Below, piece after piece: positions 35,772 to 50,653 of a stretch of 64,000 bases of DNA; within the stretch, counting starts at the first letter, position 1; the number at the start of each line of letters is the position of its first letter. A program made the translations under genes and the position numbers. Below the pieces are notes generated by a model. It searched no databases, had not been told where the DNA came from, and saw only the letters and a list, made by a program, of their open reading frames with translations. The stretch comes from Eledone cirrhosa (Eukaryota), in the NCBI GenBank assembly GCA_964016885.1, contig OZ024741.1, forward strand, positions 191,828,001 to 191,892,000, in the 5' to 3' direction.

Positions 35772-38700
35772 ATTTTTGATGATCAAGATTTTACAATAGT
35801 CATCATCATTTTTATGTCCATTTTTCCATGCTTACATGGGCTGTATTGTGAAATTTTCAACATTAGGTATTGCTTCTACAATCTTGTACCTTGATTTTAA
35901 TGTTCAAGAAGATCTGTATAGTAGAATGTGTCAACAAAATAGCTCTGTAAACAACCCTGCAACAAGTCCTTTAAGTATAGTTCTTATGTTTCTCCTATTG
36001 TTCTCAAAAAGTATGTCTCATCTTGTTCATCTTCACTCTCTGAGTTCAAAAGCCATCATTCAACCTACCAACACATCACTTTCACTTCCAAAAATGATAG
36101 ATGGTTGTCAATAACTCTACATCAACTTGGGTTTTTTTCATAACTCACTGAGCTCCTCATGATTTGACAGGACAACAGTCCATGCTATTCATTTTCATCT
36201 TAGTATACGTTATGTGAAATGAAGTATACAACACAACTCTGTCCAGGAACATTATGATCATAACTCATTGATAAAAAAAATATTGTTTCAAGCATTAAAG
36301 TCTTTCATTCACTTCAAAAATGCTAATCTTTAATCTAATGATTTTTTAAGTACATTGTTAAATTGAATCCCAAAGTCCAGAAACTACTTTAGCTGATACA
36401 TGTTTTTTTTACTCACTTTTTAACCTTTTTCTCACCTTATTTTCAATGAAAAACACTTCCTGTGATTTCCTGTCTACTTTCCCTGCTAGCAATGATTACT
36501 CAGATGGGCCAGCAGCTTGTTGCGATCCTGCGTAGTACTGAGTGCATTTTATCATATATTTATGAAATTCACTTCAAGTAGTTCTCGATATCATCTCATC
36601 ATGGGCAAGTGCCTTGTACGTGAAATTCATTAGATGCTAAGTGTCCAAAATCCTATTGTGTATGTGCAAGTATAATCATCTTCACCGTTTCACGTCAATT
36701 TTCCATGCTATATTGAATTAGGGTCTTGTTTATGCAGAACTAATTTTGGCTTTGTTTCTACAGCTAGAGGCTCTTTCTGATACCAACCACATTTACAATG
36801 TGTATCAGGTGCTTTTTGTCATTACAATGCAACCACTTTACAGTGCGGACTGGGTGCTTTATGTTGTGACACCTACATGCCCACTTTACAGTGTTTTGTC
36901 AAGTCACCAAAATGACTGTTTCAGTATGGTTTGGGGACATGGGTGGGGGTGGTCCATGGGAGTGGGGAGGTTGATCCAGAGAAATGGGAGTGGGTTGGGG
37001 TGTTAGGACGTGGGAGGTGTATGGAAGGGAGGATAGAGGGTAAGGTATGCTTCAACATGGGAAGGCATAACACCAGAGATCTTGGTCAGTTTTTATCACC
37101 TCATTGTAAGTCTTCCTACTCCATAACTTTCATCAACATTGAGTACTACACCTTTTTATACAGCTGTCATCCTTCATACACATACCTGTCCATACCAACA
37201 CTCCTTTCCTGCATCTGATTCCTCTTATGCTGTTAGTTTCTCCCTCAGTTCATTTATGCTTTGCTGTTCATGAAGCATGGAAGCTTCATTTCTTCATGTC
37301 CTTTGCACAACGTTCAAGTCTCATTACTATGCAACATTGAGCAGCAGTAGTAGCTTCCCTTTTCCTACTCCAAATACAGCAGTTTCAATTAGTTTTTTCT
37401 TTTGAAGTCAGAATTGTGTATGGTTGAAATTAAGTAGCTGTGTCTCCCTGAGTATATTATCTAGTATTAGTCAGCTTTCCAAGATTTTTTCTCTCCTTAA
37501 CTCTTTCATCACCATATATCTACTGAACGACACTGCCTATATTTTGAAAATAACCAATAATTTGGAGGCATCAAGTAAAAGCCAATAGTTAACAGCCAAA
37601 ATTACTTCAAATCCTATGCTACTGTCTTTAATTAAGCTTATGTTAGGAATACAATGGTACTTACATAAAATTATAATGGAAGGTTTTAGATAGTTATAAG
37701 TACTTTAAAATAAATTCAGGTGATTTGGTATTGAAAGAGTTAACTTTTTTGTATTTCACTCCCAAGTGAATTTAAGGAAATGTATTGAGAAAGGCTAACA
37801 GTAAAATCATGTTTCACAATCTATAACCAGTAATTGTCATTATCTAGTGATCTCATTGCTTGTCACTCATTCCACATGCCCTTTACATTTTTAGAACAAT
37901 GAATTACAAAAAATAAGATTGGAGAACAAACTTCACTCAGTTACTCAACTCGGTACAAATTACAGCCAAAATTACTTCAAATCCTATGCTACTGTCTTTA
38001 AAACAAGAAGGATGCATTGGATATGTGAGGATAATCATAGCTAAAACACCTATGATCAAAGGTCTGCTCAAACTGGGATAACTTCAGTACTAAACAATAA
38101 AACTGTCAATTTTGATGCTTATATACAAAAGGTCATCAAATGCCTTTATAGATATTTTAATGGAGATGATCATGTAGCCTGTTGTCAATTTTGATTATCA
38201 ATTCAAATTTTGAAAAAAAAAAAAGAAAAAAAAATGAACAACAGCTTCCTTCTTTTGACTTTTCTTTATGTTACAACTGCTTATTGACTGTTATATTTAT
38301 TTCCTTAGCATGCTGAAGAAATTAAGGAAATTTGAACAGAAAAAAAGCATTAGAGAGAGAATGGTGTATGCACATATTTGTCACATCAGCAACTAATTGA
38401 AAAGATAAATTATAAATCCCTGCAATCAGCTCAAATGACCAGATGACCTATAATTACCATTATCATTTTATGTCGACTTTTCTATGCTTGCCCATAAATT
38501 AAAAGCTCACCAACTCAAAGCAGTACATTCAATGATCAACTTGACAGATTAAAATTAGCCATATATTATCTAATCTTGTCAAGTCACTTGTCTATTTAAG
38601 TTAAACTTTATTTCTAGACATCATATACAAAATGACTGGTTAAGAGATATACACATTTACAATTAAAAGAATCATCAACTAATGCAACCAATAAGCATGA

Positions 38701-38829
38701 GTGATATCAATTTTCCAGTCAGGGTGCTTGTGTCAAGATACATGGATACACTTAGGAATATGTGGAAGTCATATTAAAATATCTAAATGAATAAATTACA
38801 AGATTGTCACTGCCAAAAACAATGAACAT

Positions 38830-41800
38830 TTGATATACCTTTAATTTTATTTACACAATTTGAATGCCATGAATACATTCTACAAATGGTAGAGAAAATC
38901 TGTTAAAAAATTTTTTTTTTAGTTTTTCAATTATAATATTAAAATCAACAGCTCATGTGTACACAGCCATATTTTAAGTAGTGTTAATGGATACTAATGA
39001 TGTAACCTGCATTTGACTAATATTTTTTTTTATTTCATACATACCTTGCACTAAATTCTTAATGCATGCAGTAAAGCCACTTTCAAAATATACCTTCGTT
39101 AAAATGAAGTGTTTCAAAAGAAGCAATAAAACAGCAAAAGGAATTGCTCTCTAAAGACGGAAATAAAAATACAGTAATTATTGTGGATAACAATTATTAA
39201 CAATAAAACTGCCATACAATGGGCTTAAGAGTGACTAACATGAATAAACAATAGGACATTCAGTTTTAGCTTCAGTTAAAAAGATAAAGAATGTCTATTT
39301 GCTGTTTTTTTAAGACACTTGAAATGAAATGTTGAAAGACTTTATTGTAGTTTTTGAACCATATAAAACAATTTTTTGAGGATCTGAAGTTGTAATGTTA
39401 GAGAATAAGATGTATGTATGTGGACTTAAATGGCATTCCATCAGCTCAGGAAAATATTTACAATTCACATCTATAAAAAAGGTAATCGCTAATTGATTTA
39501 ATGCTATGTGACTTTCATATTTTTACTATCAACTTCTTTAATTAGAAACAATTTGCAAAGAAATTTTACTGTATCAAATGAATTGTTAAATAACGATATT
39601 ATTTAGTAAAACACTGCATCAGTTATAACATTTCACAACTGTAATTCTATGTTTCGAAAGCGAGAATGAATGTGCCAAAAAACATCAGATTAGTGCTGCT
39701 TTAGGTCTCATCACACCTCTTGCTTGTATGCATGAGAAAAGATTTCTTATAAAAGCCCGAAAAATCAGAATTACTAAGTGAAAGGAAATAGTAAGTTGTG
39801 ACATTACTGCCTTTCTCAAAAGCATTACTGATGGTGTAGAGAAGTTCAGATTGGATTGAAACTACAAGGCGGGCTCAATTTATGGTGAAATTATTGTCAT
39901 ATGGAAATAAACAGACGTGTCATATGTGTTAGACTTTAATGAATTATTATTTCATCTGGATTATCTAGCAGTAACCTTTATCAAATTAACTACAATTTGC
40001 TTTTTAACAATTCTTTTATAAAGATAGAATTAGCACAAATGCTAATTAACTGATGAAATTACAAATTTATGTTCAGATCTTTACCATTTAAAATGAAAAT
40101 TTAATCAGAATCTTTTAAATGTATTTAACAAAGTAATAATAAATTTACTATCAGTTTTCACTGTTAGTTCATGTTGGTATAAATCATTAGAAAAAGGTAA
40201 GTAAAATATAGTTTACAGCATTGAAAGATACTGAGGTCTATTAAATAAAAGAATTTTGTTTCACCCTTCCCCAACTATTTTTTAAAACCCTAAAATTTAT
40301 AGTAAACTCATTCAACAATAAATACACTAATTATTCATTAAAATGAATGACTTGACATGTACCACATAGAAAGAAATATATTAACTATACAGAAAGAAAA
40401 AATAATACCATACATTACAACTTTATATAAACCGTATTTCAACATTTATTAATAGTGCTGTACTGTGACCAAGGGAAAAGTAATTTAATTTTCACTGGCT
40501 CAATACAATGGAGCTGCAAATAAGTGTAAACAGTAGAAGCATTGAAAAATATTGTGTTCAAGCACTATAGGTTTAAAAAAAAAAGAAACAGAAAGCCACT
40601 CAAATACATCTGCAGCAAGAATTTCTCTGATATTGGCAGGAACACCAAGAGTAAAACTACCCAGTGGTTAAAAATAAAACACTAAGGCATACTCAAGAAA
40701 AGACTACTATACATTGCAACTATCTATATAGTTAAAAAATGATATTGAGTAATTTGGTAGAATTAAAAGATGAGTTTCAAACAGAGAACATGCAATTACT
40801 AATTTCAAAATCCTTGATTCTAACCTTTAAATATTTTTTCTCCTTCAATTCATTTTCCTTAGAATAAAGAGATGAGAGAAAGCACTAATAAATGATTCAA
40901 CACCTTTGAATTAAAATACTTTAGCACACGTTTTACACCAACGAGAACATTTGTTTTATTTATCTTTAAATAAAAACCTACTTGAACAATTTCAATTGTA
41001 AACAATTTTCCTGTCAAAAATGTAGTTTGTTTGAATATATTATGAAATCAAATATCAAATGCAAAAATAGAGTTAAGCATAAACTGTATTAGACTGTAAT
41101 ATAGGGGTTTCAATTGACTCAGTAAAACATATTTAAATCATTCATAGATGGTAATTTCCTTCAAAAGGTATGTTTTGAAGATGTATCAATGTGCATTTTC
41201 AAATAATTATGTTAACATATGTAAAAAGCATGATTACCAGTTCTTAAAACAGTTTTACCAAAAGAAAATAATCAAACTCCAGATATATAAAACTTACATG
41301 TACATAAAGTGGGCTTTGTTAGTACAAAATCACAATACACAATGAAAATATAGTCAGTTCCTACTTCTTTCATGGTAATAAGTAATTTCATATTGCAGGT
41401 TTCATGCTCCATAAACTATTAGAGAAAGGGGATTTTAGAGCCAGATACTATTTTTAATACAACCATGAAGTAGGTGTTGTAGGTAGCTTTAGTTAAGCAG
41501 ATTGAAGAAAACAAATAAAATATGCCTTGCTTAGAAACACAGCATTTTGTACTGTAGCAAGACTTGAACTTATGGTCAGCAGTTCAGGACTTTACCTCAC
41601 AACCATTGTGCTACTTCATGAATTTGGTTAATACTGATTAACTTGTGTAAATTCCAACTGTTTTTAATATTACAATTATTATTATTATGCTGCTAGTTAT
41701 ATAATTAAAAATGATTTAGTTGAACACATAAATAACAGTTATAAAATGAAATATTGCATATTTGCATAGAAAAATTGTTTGTGTAAATGTTACAAAATTT

Positions 41801-42975
41801 GTCATTAATTATATATCTATAAGAATTAATACTACAAGACATAAAAAGTAACATTGCTAGTTATTCAACAAAGACCACAAAATTAGTTTTGATTGTAGGC
41901 AGCTTTAAATACCCCAGAAACGAACAATTGATATAAAACATCATTAATGTATGGAACTTAAATATAGCAATCGATTATAGCATTTAAAAGAAACCCACAG
42001 CATAAAATACAATGATGCAATGAAAAAAAAAAAAACCCATCACATAGATCATTAAATGTAAATTATTTCAAGGTTTAATGCATTATTTACAAAAGGTACA
42101 AAACTAGAAAATTGAAATATGAAGTAATGTAGGAGAAAGAAAATTATAATTGTTTATATTTTACTGAATTGACTAAGATTGTGACAGCCACTTACTGACA
42201 CACTAGTGTAAACATACACTTATAGAGAGGCACAGTAGTTGTAGTTAGTAGGCAGAGATATGGATTAATATTATTTGAAGCACCATATAAATATTATCGC
42301 TGAATCATTTTGGATTTTACTATCTTTAAAATACATGGCAGCAAAGTTAATTAGAAAGCATTCTTAACTGGTAATAGATAAATGTATTTTTTAAAACACA
42401 TTTGCACGTGCACACACAAGGTAACTAAAAGAGAGTTGTATACCACAGATCTACCCCATCGTTGTAAAATGTTATATACTAATGGTATATCAGTAATATA
42501 TGAGCAATAATGCCATTACTCATTGCAATATAATTGGTGTATTAAGAGGATATTCCTATTAATGACATAGTGAAGTATTTGGATATAAAAATCACTTATG
42601 ATAAAGCTAGATGGGAAGATATATGCATAAATAACACACACACACATACATACAAAATGAAATGAAATAAAAAAATATCTTTTTTATTTGCTCTGTATAT
42701 ATTTACTATCTACTTTTTTTTTTGTCTTAAGGCTATTTTTCATTTTACAAATAGCTAGCTCATTCAAAATTATTTACTCTTCTTGGTTGCAATAATTTTT
42801 ATATCTTCCTTTCATTTAATATTAAAATCAAATTACAGGTAAATTGTAAACCTTTAAAAGGAGAGTTCATTAAAAAAAATATATTTTACTTAATCCCATA
42901 GCATACAGTCTAGCTATTTAGTTATCAGCTCATTTTGGGGAATTAATCTACAATAGATTGTTTTTAGGATATTTG
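38830..42975 (-). other. Probable long 3' UTR of the PP1-beta gene
   Basis: Nearly repeat-free U-rich sequence after the stop codon; minus-strand AATAAA candidates near 40445 and 38846. The end point is inferred. Confidence 0.45.
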
Positions 42976-43086
42976 TCATTTCTTCTTCTGCTGTTGCTTT
43001 ATGGTGCCTCGAGTTGGAGTGTTTGGTCGACCAGAATTCAAACCACTGTATTGATATTTCGCTTTCTTTTCAGAAGGTTTTAGAAT
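42976..43086 (-). CDS. PPP1CB: PP1 catalytic subunit beta, last coding exon
   Basis: tag|ATT; [36 protein letters not shown]. This tail is diagnostic of the beta isoform. Confidence 0.96.
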   Translation of the reverse strand: MLKPSEKKAKYQYSGLNSGRPNTPTRGTIKQQQKKK

Positions 43087-43859
43087 CTATGTAAAAATAA
43101 AAAATCCATATATAAACAATTTGTTTTATTAAAAATATTACAAGTTAGAAGACATGAACAATAAAGAAACTCAACAAAAATGGTTAACAAAAACTTCTGT
43201 AATCAATTTTATGCTATGAAGAAAAAGTAGTCTAATGCCATAGGAGAGAATGGTGGCAATGTCCATGATGTTTTACTTGTTTTGGCACATCAAGAACACC
43301 CAGTGGTCCAAGACCACAGTAACTCTGCCCTGCTAGATCTGAGTGTTGTTTTGACCACAACTTCCCATCATACAAGGTGTCCAAGATCTCAAAGCGATGT
43401 TTCCAGAAGCATAGTTGATAGGCTGTTGAAGGTGAAGTGTCAGCCCCTCACCATTTTAAATTCTTTTTTTTTTTAATCTTACTTTAAATTGTGTTTTAGA
43501 AGTATCAGCCTTTACTTTCAAATTTGCTGAGAAAGAAAATAAAGCAGAGGAGGGATGTTGAATGTATGAAAGAGGGAGAGAGAGAGAGATGGGGAAATTA
43601 CAGTATTTCATTCTAAGTAAGAAGATACACTGTTCATTTTCCTGACATTTGTACATTATTCTATGTACTATACATGCACCTTTGATGAGTTGTAGTGCAC
43701 CTGAGCACTGTACACAATAATTTCATTATTATATTATATCAGTCCAAAGTGAGAAAAATGATTTCAAAGTGTGCATATGTGAGATCAAAATGAAAAAAGC
43801 AATTTTACAGAGAACTCATGTTACTTGAAACCTAAACTTAATTATCAAAGAATACATAT

Positions 43860-44140
43860 AAAAAGAGCCCCTTCAATCATGAATGGTCATGGGTTTTTCA
43901 TCAAGAAAGTTCCACACCGAGGCATATGACCAGACAAGGTGTTTTTGTAGAAGACCAGCAGTTGCCAATGCATACCAGTCTATCCAAGAGAAAGGCAAAG
44001 GCCTATACTATACAGCTTGGCACAAGGGAGGTCACAACTCATTTCTACAGCAGAGTAAACTAAAGTATCTTATTCAAGGACAACACATTGCTTGGTTCAA
44101 GAATGAAACTCACAACCAATACTAAGCCACGCGCCTTCAC
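43860..44140 (-). mobile_element. Old CORE-type SINE
   Basis: Reverse complement TGTGTTGTCCTTGAATAAGATACTT...CTGTAGAAATGAG resembles 35-105. Confidence 0.5.
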
Positions 44141-44389
44141 TACACCCAAGCATACAAAAATGTATCTTTTAATAGTGAAAATGTAGCAGGAAAGACTATC
44201 ATTTGGATAATCATAATGGCTCATTTTCTATGGAATTATTGTATTTATAAAATCTGACAGAGTATGTCATCTAAAATCAGCACAGTGCAACACCTAGTTG
44301 TTTAAATATTCAACTGTGTATTCCTCGAACAGTGTTTTTTGTAATAACAAACTGTTTAATGAACAGTGAACAAAGGTATAACCATCAAA

Positions 44390-45156
44390 CCCTGCATGAG
44401 CACCTCTCTAAGCATCTCACTGACCTTGACTTTGCAGATGACATTGCGCTTCTTGCAGATTGCCTAGAAAATGCGCAACAACTTTTGACATCTCTCCAGG
44501 AAGCAGCCACCCTTGTTGGCCTACCTCTCAACGAGGGTGAAAGAGTACATATGAAACTGTACAGGCAACAACATCAATGGCAGCGATATCAAGCAAGTCG
44601 AGGATTTCAAGTATCTTGGGTCCTGGATCATGGACTCTGGGAAGGATTTTGCTTCCAGAAAAGCCCAAGCATGGTCAGCTTGCAAACAAGATGGATCGAG
44701 TTTGGAGCTCAAATCTTTCCAAACACACCAAAATCAGACTCTTCCAAGTAACAATTCAACCAATCTTACTATATGGAAGTGAAACATGGACGATTTCATC
44801 CAAACAATAAAAGCACCTTGAAGGCCTACTTCGACACATTCAGAACATACGCTGGCGACATCTGACTTTGTAAGAAATATATGCTCGCCTCCTGCACATG
44901 TCTGTCATAGGTAAAAGGAGAGTAAGATTTGTTGGCCACTACCATCATGCCACCTATGAGGCCGTGTCCCCATTAGTGCTCTGGAAACCACAAGCAGTCA
45001 CTAATAACAGGGGGTGCAAGCTCGCCTATCCCAATGTCATCTCCAGAGATTCTTGTATTGAAATCCAGGACTTGGCAATGGCAGTGAATGACAGACCCAC
45101 GTGGAGATCAATTGTTGAGTTGATTTCGGCTGAGGCTGCCGGATGATGATGAAGAA
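44390..45156 (+). pseudogene. RTE LINE 3' fragment (RT C-terminus)
   Basis: DLDFADDIAL, FKYLGS, ILLYGSETW and DR.TWR motifs; tail (GAT)n GAAGAA. Confidence 0.85.
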
Positions 45157-45590
45157 AACATAAGTGTCTAACATTGCTCAAAATAACTTCATCAATTGTT
45201 GGCTGGTAAAAACTTATAATTAACCAAGCAAGTTTACATAGTTGATATCACAAATGATATTATGGTGTTATTTCATGTTCTATGTTCATCTCCAAAAATA
45301 TAATCAAATCTTTTTGTTCTAGTCTTATTTTTAAACCACTATTCTCACTTCTAAATCATGGTCTTGTTTTGAAATCTCTAATCTCACTTTGAATTGGCAA
45401 TGAATTGCTATGCCTATCCTTAGAATTATAAATACTATAGTAAGATATGGTGTGAATAGTTTGCAAGCTGTCAGTCAATGAAGGATGATATAAAGTGGGA
45501 GTAACAAGATCCATGTCAGTTGAAATGAGAAAGATGTTGGAGAATTGAGAACGTAAAGCAAGATATGGATAGGACACACACAAAGTTTAA

Positions 45591-46800
45591 CCCTTTTGTT
45601 ATCATATCTCTCTCTATATAAAATTCTATGTGTGTCTGTCCTATGCATTCTCAAACGGCTGGACCAAATCAAATCAAATTTTTCAAGGTAATAGTTTTAG
45701 ACCTCGGGAGTGTCAACATGTAATTTTTATTTTCATTTGGATTAAAACAATGACATTTTATCTAAAATTTCTATAGTGAACTATAGTAAACCACCACAAC
45801 GACACATTTTGTATTTGAGTGTGTATGTGTCTGTGAGTGTGTGTTTGTAAATTAATTGAGTACGTTAGGCCTCAGAGAATTAAACACACACACATCTACA
45901 CTAGTAATAGGTGTGCGAATGTATGTCTGTGTGTGTCTTAGTATATGTATGAGTGTATGTGTGTGTGAGTGTATGTGTAATAATTTTTATTTTAACATTA
46001 GGCCTCAGAGAATTAAACACACACACACATCTACACATACATATAGCCTTAGTAAGTTGCATACATATCTTCACACACAGACAATTAAACACACACACAT
46101 CTACACATAGATACATATGTGATGACAGACAGGTGTGCGTGAGTGTATATCTGTGTGTGTCTGTCTTAGAATATGTATGTAAGTGTATGTGTGTGTGAGT
46201 GTATGTGCGAATTCTTTTTCATTTGGATTAAAACAATAGAAAACAACACATCACATTTTGTATATGAATATGTATGTGTCTGTGAGTGTGTGCGTGCGCG
46301 TTCTTTAGGTACGTTATTAAACACACACACACATGTAGCAACAAACCAAAAATGAGGTAAAAAGCTATGCGTGTGTCTGCGTGAATGTATGTCTGGTGTG
46401 TGTCTTAGTATATGTATATGAGAGTATGTGTGTGAGTGTGTAGCAACAATTTATTCATTTGGATACCAACAAAAAATTACACAATGAATATTGTTTACCC
46501 TAAGGTGCTTCAAGATTGACCAATTTTCATTTCTAAATCCTATCATTACAATTTTGATATTTTTTTCATAAAATATAGATATTTTGAAATAATTATGAGA
46601 AAAAAAACATATCTTCATATTTATTGTTTACTAATCTGAATAAGAACAGCAGTAACCCGGGCAATGCCTGGTAATTCAGCTAGTTTCTTATAAAAGACAC
46701 TGCCTATGATTTTGAAATCATTTCGAAAATAATCAAAAATTTAGTGGGATTTAGTAATATAACTCAAAGGTTCTTAAATAAAATTATAAGTTTTTGAATA
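45591..46800. mobile_element. piggyBac-derived end interrupted by a Helitron
   Basis: TTAA|CCCTTTTGTTATCATA continues after 46683 as TTTCTT...ATAATCAAAAATTTAGT, homologous to 57432-57530. Confidence 0.55.
45607..46683 (+). mobile_element. Non-autonomous Helitron with internal TG/CA-rich repeats
   Basis: A|TCTCTCTCTATATAAAA start; ACCCGGGCAATGCCTGGT hairpin then CTAG|T. Confidence 0.75.
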
Positions 46801-47771
46801 AATACACACTATTTAAAACAGTTTTGTACCATAGATTAAGGAATAAAAGAGGAAGTAAAATGAGATCTTTAATAAATGGTTGGCATGTATAGAATATAGA
46901 AGTTTTAAAGAATGCAACAAAATAAGAGTCTATAATGGAGTGGTAAAAATTCTAAATAGAGAGTGGGACAAAAATGGAGTTGGGTGAGTGGAAATGATAA
47001 GATAGGATTTAAAAGCTTCTTTCACACATTCACACACATACATATCATCATCATCCTCCTCATCATCGTTTTAATGTCTACTTTCTCTGCTAACATGGGT
47101 TGGATGGGTCTAAATAGACAAAGTCAGTACTGAAGCAGAGCCAGAGACCTGTACGCTTATGTACAATCTCACATTCCATCAAGTGCTTAGAAGAGATTAT
47201 CATGCTTTTGACACAACTGAAGGCCCTTCTAACCCTTTGTTTGGCAACATTTTTATGGCTGTACACCCTTCCTATCATCGACCACTTTACAGCATGTACT
47301 GGGTGCGTTTATTATGTAAATCACCAACACTAGGGAGGTTGTCATCATACCTTTGACGCACGTGCAACTGGTAATTTTTGTTTATTAATTTGATAGGTCT
47401 AGAGAGAAGAGCAGTGCCTATGGCTTTCCCAAGCCCTCCAAGATGTGCTGAATGACACAAGCAAACAATTCTATATAAACTGAAATGAGCCTTTTAGCTG
47501 GAGAAAGAAATGGCCCAATAACTAAAAATGATCTAGCTACAGTTTTGGGGATCGCTTGGGTGATGTTCCAACCATTACAATGGTGCTCAAAGAAGCAGTT
47601 ACCTAAACGATAATCATTTAGCCAACATATAAGAAAATTGCAGAGTTTACATTTGATACAATATACAAAGCTACTTTATTTAAACAAAATTCAAAATATT
47701 AACATGAACATCATACATTAACATTTTATATGGAAAAATAAAATTTATTATCAACAAAACAGAAAAAGTCA

Positions 47772-47981
<210 letters not shown>

Positions 47982-48935
47982 TTATTTAGTTATATCTATT
48001 AAACAAATCATATATCTATTACAGAAGTATTTTACTGTTTGGTGAAGGAAATGAATGCAGAGCCTATGACTCATTATTTTTTTCAAGACCTCCAAAACTG
48101 ATGAGAGGAAAGAAGGTAGTATCCTCAAACCAAAGATCTGGCCTGAATGCTTGCAACAAGATTAATTGGTGGTGTTAAACTGTGACTAACTATGTCTCAA
48201 GTGGGTTGTATTTCATAGGAGATTTTTTGGATGTTTTAATGATAAGGGTCCTAATCCTATCATATCACTATTTTTCTGGTAACAGGAGGCAGGATTTGAA
48301 CTCAGAACACTCTGAACCAGAAGATATTGCAAAGCTTATATTCAACACTAATAATTTTGTCAAGTAACCACCTTCTACTAGTACTTTACTTATTGACCTT
48401 GAAAAGATGAAAGGCAAAGTAGACCTCAGTAGAGTGCCAGAACAAATACTGCAAGTTATTTAATCTGATATTTTAATGACTCTCAATATACGTCTGCGTC
48501 GTCATCATCGTCACCATCATTATCATCATATAACATCATATAACATCTGCTTTTCCTGTTAGCAGAGGTCAGACGGGGTATAGGCAGACTGGGTTGGTAA
48601 TCACAGCAAAGGTACTAACCCTACAGTAGGCAGGAAGCTTCCATCTCACATATGTTCCTGCATCTGACTTACAAAACATTCCCACTCTACCTAGTGCATT
48701 TTATTGTGATGCCAGCACTAGGGAGGTTGTCACATCTTTGACACAGCTACCTTTGTTTGGCAAGTTTTCTACAGTTGGATGCCTTTCCTATCACCAACCA
48801 CTTTATAAAGTGTACTGGCTGTGTTTATCATGTAAATCACTAGGAAGGTGTCATGTCTTTGACACAGCTGACTAGTCCTCACAACTCTATGTATGTGTGT
48901 ACGTTAAAATGGTTTATATAAAGCTGACTGCTTAC

Positions 48936-49087
48936 CTGATGTGCTCGACAAATAAGATCTAAATCATGCCGATTCAAAAATTTGCTGACAATTTCAGCAC
49001 CAAAAGTAAAAGAAACACCACGATCATTTTCTCCCCAACCATGTACTTCTTTGTCAGGATCAGACCAAAGTAAATCACATAAAAGAC
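48936..49087 (-). CDS. PPP1CB: PP1-beta exon, 152 bp
   Basis: AG/GT boundaries; (G)[50 protein letters not shown]. Confidence 0.97.
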
Positions 49088-49113
49088 CTGAAATATATAT
49101 AAATATATGTATA

Positions 49114-49145
<32 letters not shown>

Positions 49146-49221
49146 GTAATAATAAGTACAAAGACCAAAATCCAAAGAGGGCTCGATAAGGATTGTATAT
49201 ATATATATATATATGCATATA

Positions 49222-50393
49222 CTTGGCGTGGCAATAAAGTCCTTACAATAACCCTTTAAATGAAAATGCACAACATATTGAAACTAGAATTTATTTATTC
49301 TACAAAACAATCTCCATTGAATGCAAAAACACCTCTATAGTGTTTATATGCAAAGCATTTAACTCTTTCTGGAACCATTCCTTCAGCAATTGTCGAAACC
49401 AGCACTGCAATTCATTAACCACCTCTTCTAATGAAGTGAAAACAAATTTTCGTAGATGTTGCTTTAATAACTTGAACCCCCAACAATTGCACAAATTTAA
49501 GTTGGGATTGTTTGATCATTGCTATTCTTCTCTGGAAAACATCTTTTGTGGATTGAGCAGTGTGGGGGTGTGTATTGTCATGCATCCACTTGTTACCAAC
49601 ATTCCTAACAAATTCAACGTACTTTTCTGCAGTAATAGTTTCACTAGGTGGCATACCAGAAACAACAATCTTGCCATCGCCTGTGAATGTGACAAGCAGT
49701 GAAATCCAGACCTTATTTTCTATGATTACTGTCAAAAAGAACCCAAGTTTCATCCTCCACTTGTAAGTAAAAAGATCAACGATTGATGATGCACACAGTA
49801 CTCATTTGCGTTTGTTGGCTGGCGATAAGACAGGTGGTACCCAAACTGAGCAAAGTTTTCGGAAACCAAGGGTATCTGTTAATATTTGACAAACCATTTT
49901 TTTGTTTATTCCAGTAACATGTGCAATGCAACGCAATGATTGTTTTGGTTCTGCATAAATGACACTTTGAATAAGTTGAATGTTGGCATGAGTAGTGGTT
50001 AAGCAAGCATGGCCAGAACGAGGAGCATCAATAAGTGATGTTCTACTGCCATCTTTGAATTGTTTCAACCAATGATAAATGGTTGAATTTGCTAGAACGT
50101 TGTTAATTCCACTCTCCTTCAATTGTGCAATAATATTTGTTGCTGATTTGCCTCATTTCCATTCAATGAAAACATATGCCCTACAATTTTCTTGACTTAA
50201 ATCCATTTGATGCATGTATTATAAGCTCATAAGAACGACAAAATAATTATGCATAGGCCTGTGACAGAAGAGAGCATTCATACAGAATATCACACGTGTA
50301 CAACAAAGTTCAAATTCCAACTAATATTAACTATATTTAATGCTATATACGGTACACAGCCTACTATCCTAAAGACTTTATTGCCACGCCAAG
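49222..50393 (-). mobile_element. Decayed mariner in a PP1-beta intron
   Basis: TIRs CTTGGCGTGGCAATAAAGTC at both ends. Fragments TIYHWLKQF..G, DAPRSG, WVPPVL and HDNTHPH are broken by frameshifts. Confidence 0.9.
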
Positions 50394-50406
50394 TGTGTGT
50401 GTGTGT

Positions 50407-50625
50407 CATCATCATCATCATCTTCGTTTAACGTCCATCTTCCACGCTAGCATGGGTTAGACGGGAGTTGTCCCCCTTGAGGCAAGGTTGGTCGGGTGAC
50501 CATGTCTCGCTGATATATCTGGCAGGTTTTCTACGGCTGGATGCCGTTCCTAACACCAACCACATTTACAGTGTGGAACTGGGAACTTTTTACCGTGTTA
50601 CCTACAGGGCCACATTACAGCGTAG
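50407..50625 (-). mobile_element. SINE 3' part with RTE-type (GAT)n tail
   Basis: Homologous to 700-885. Further decayed copies lie near 35800, 36680, 47045, 48500-48800 and 56500. Confidence 0.6.
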
Positions 50626-50653
50626 ACTGTGTGTGTGTGTGTGTATATATATA

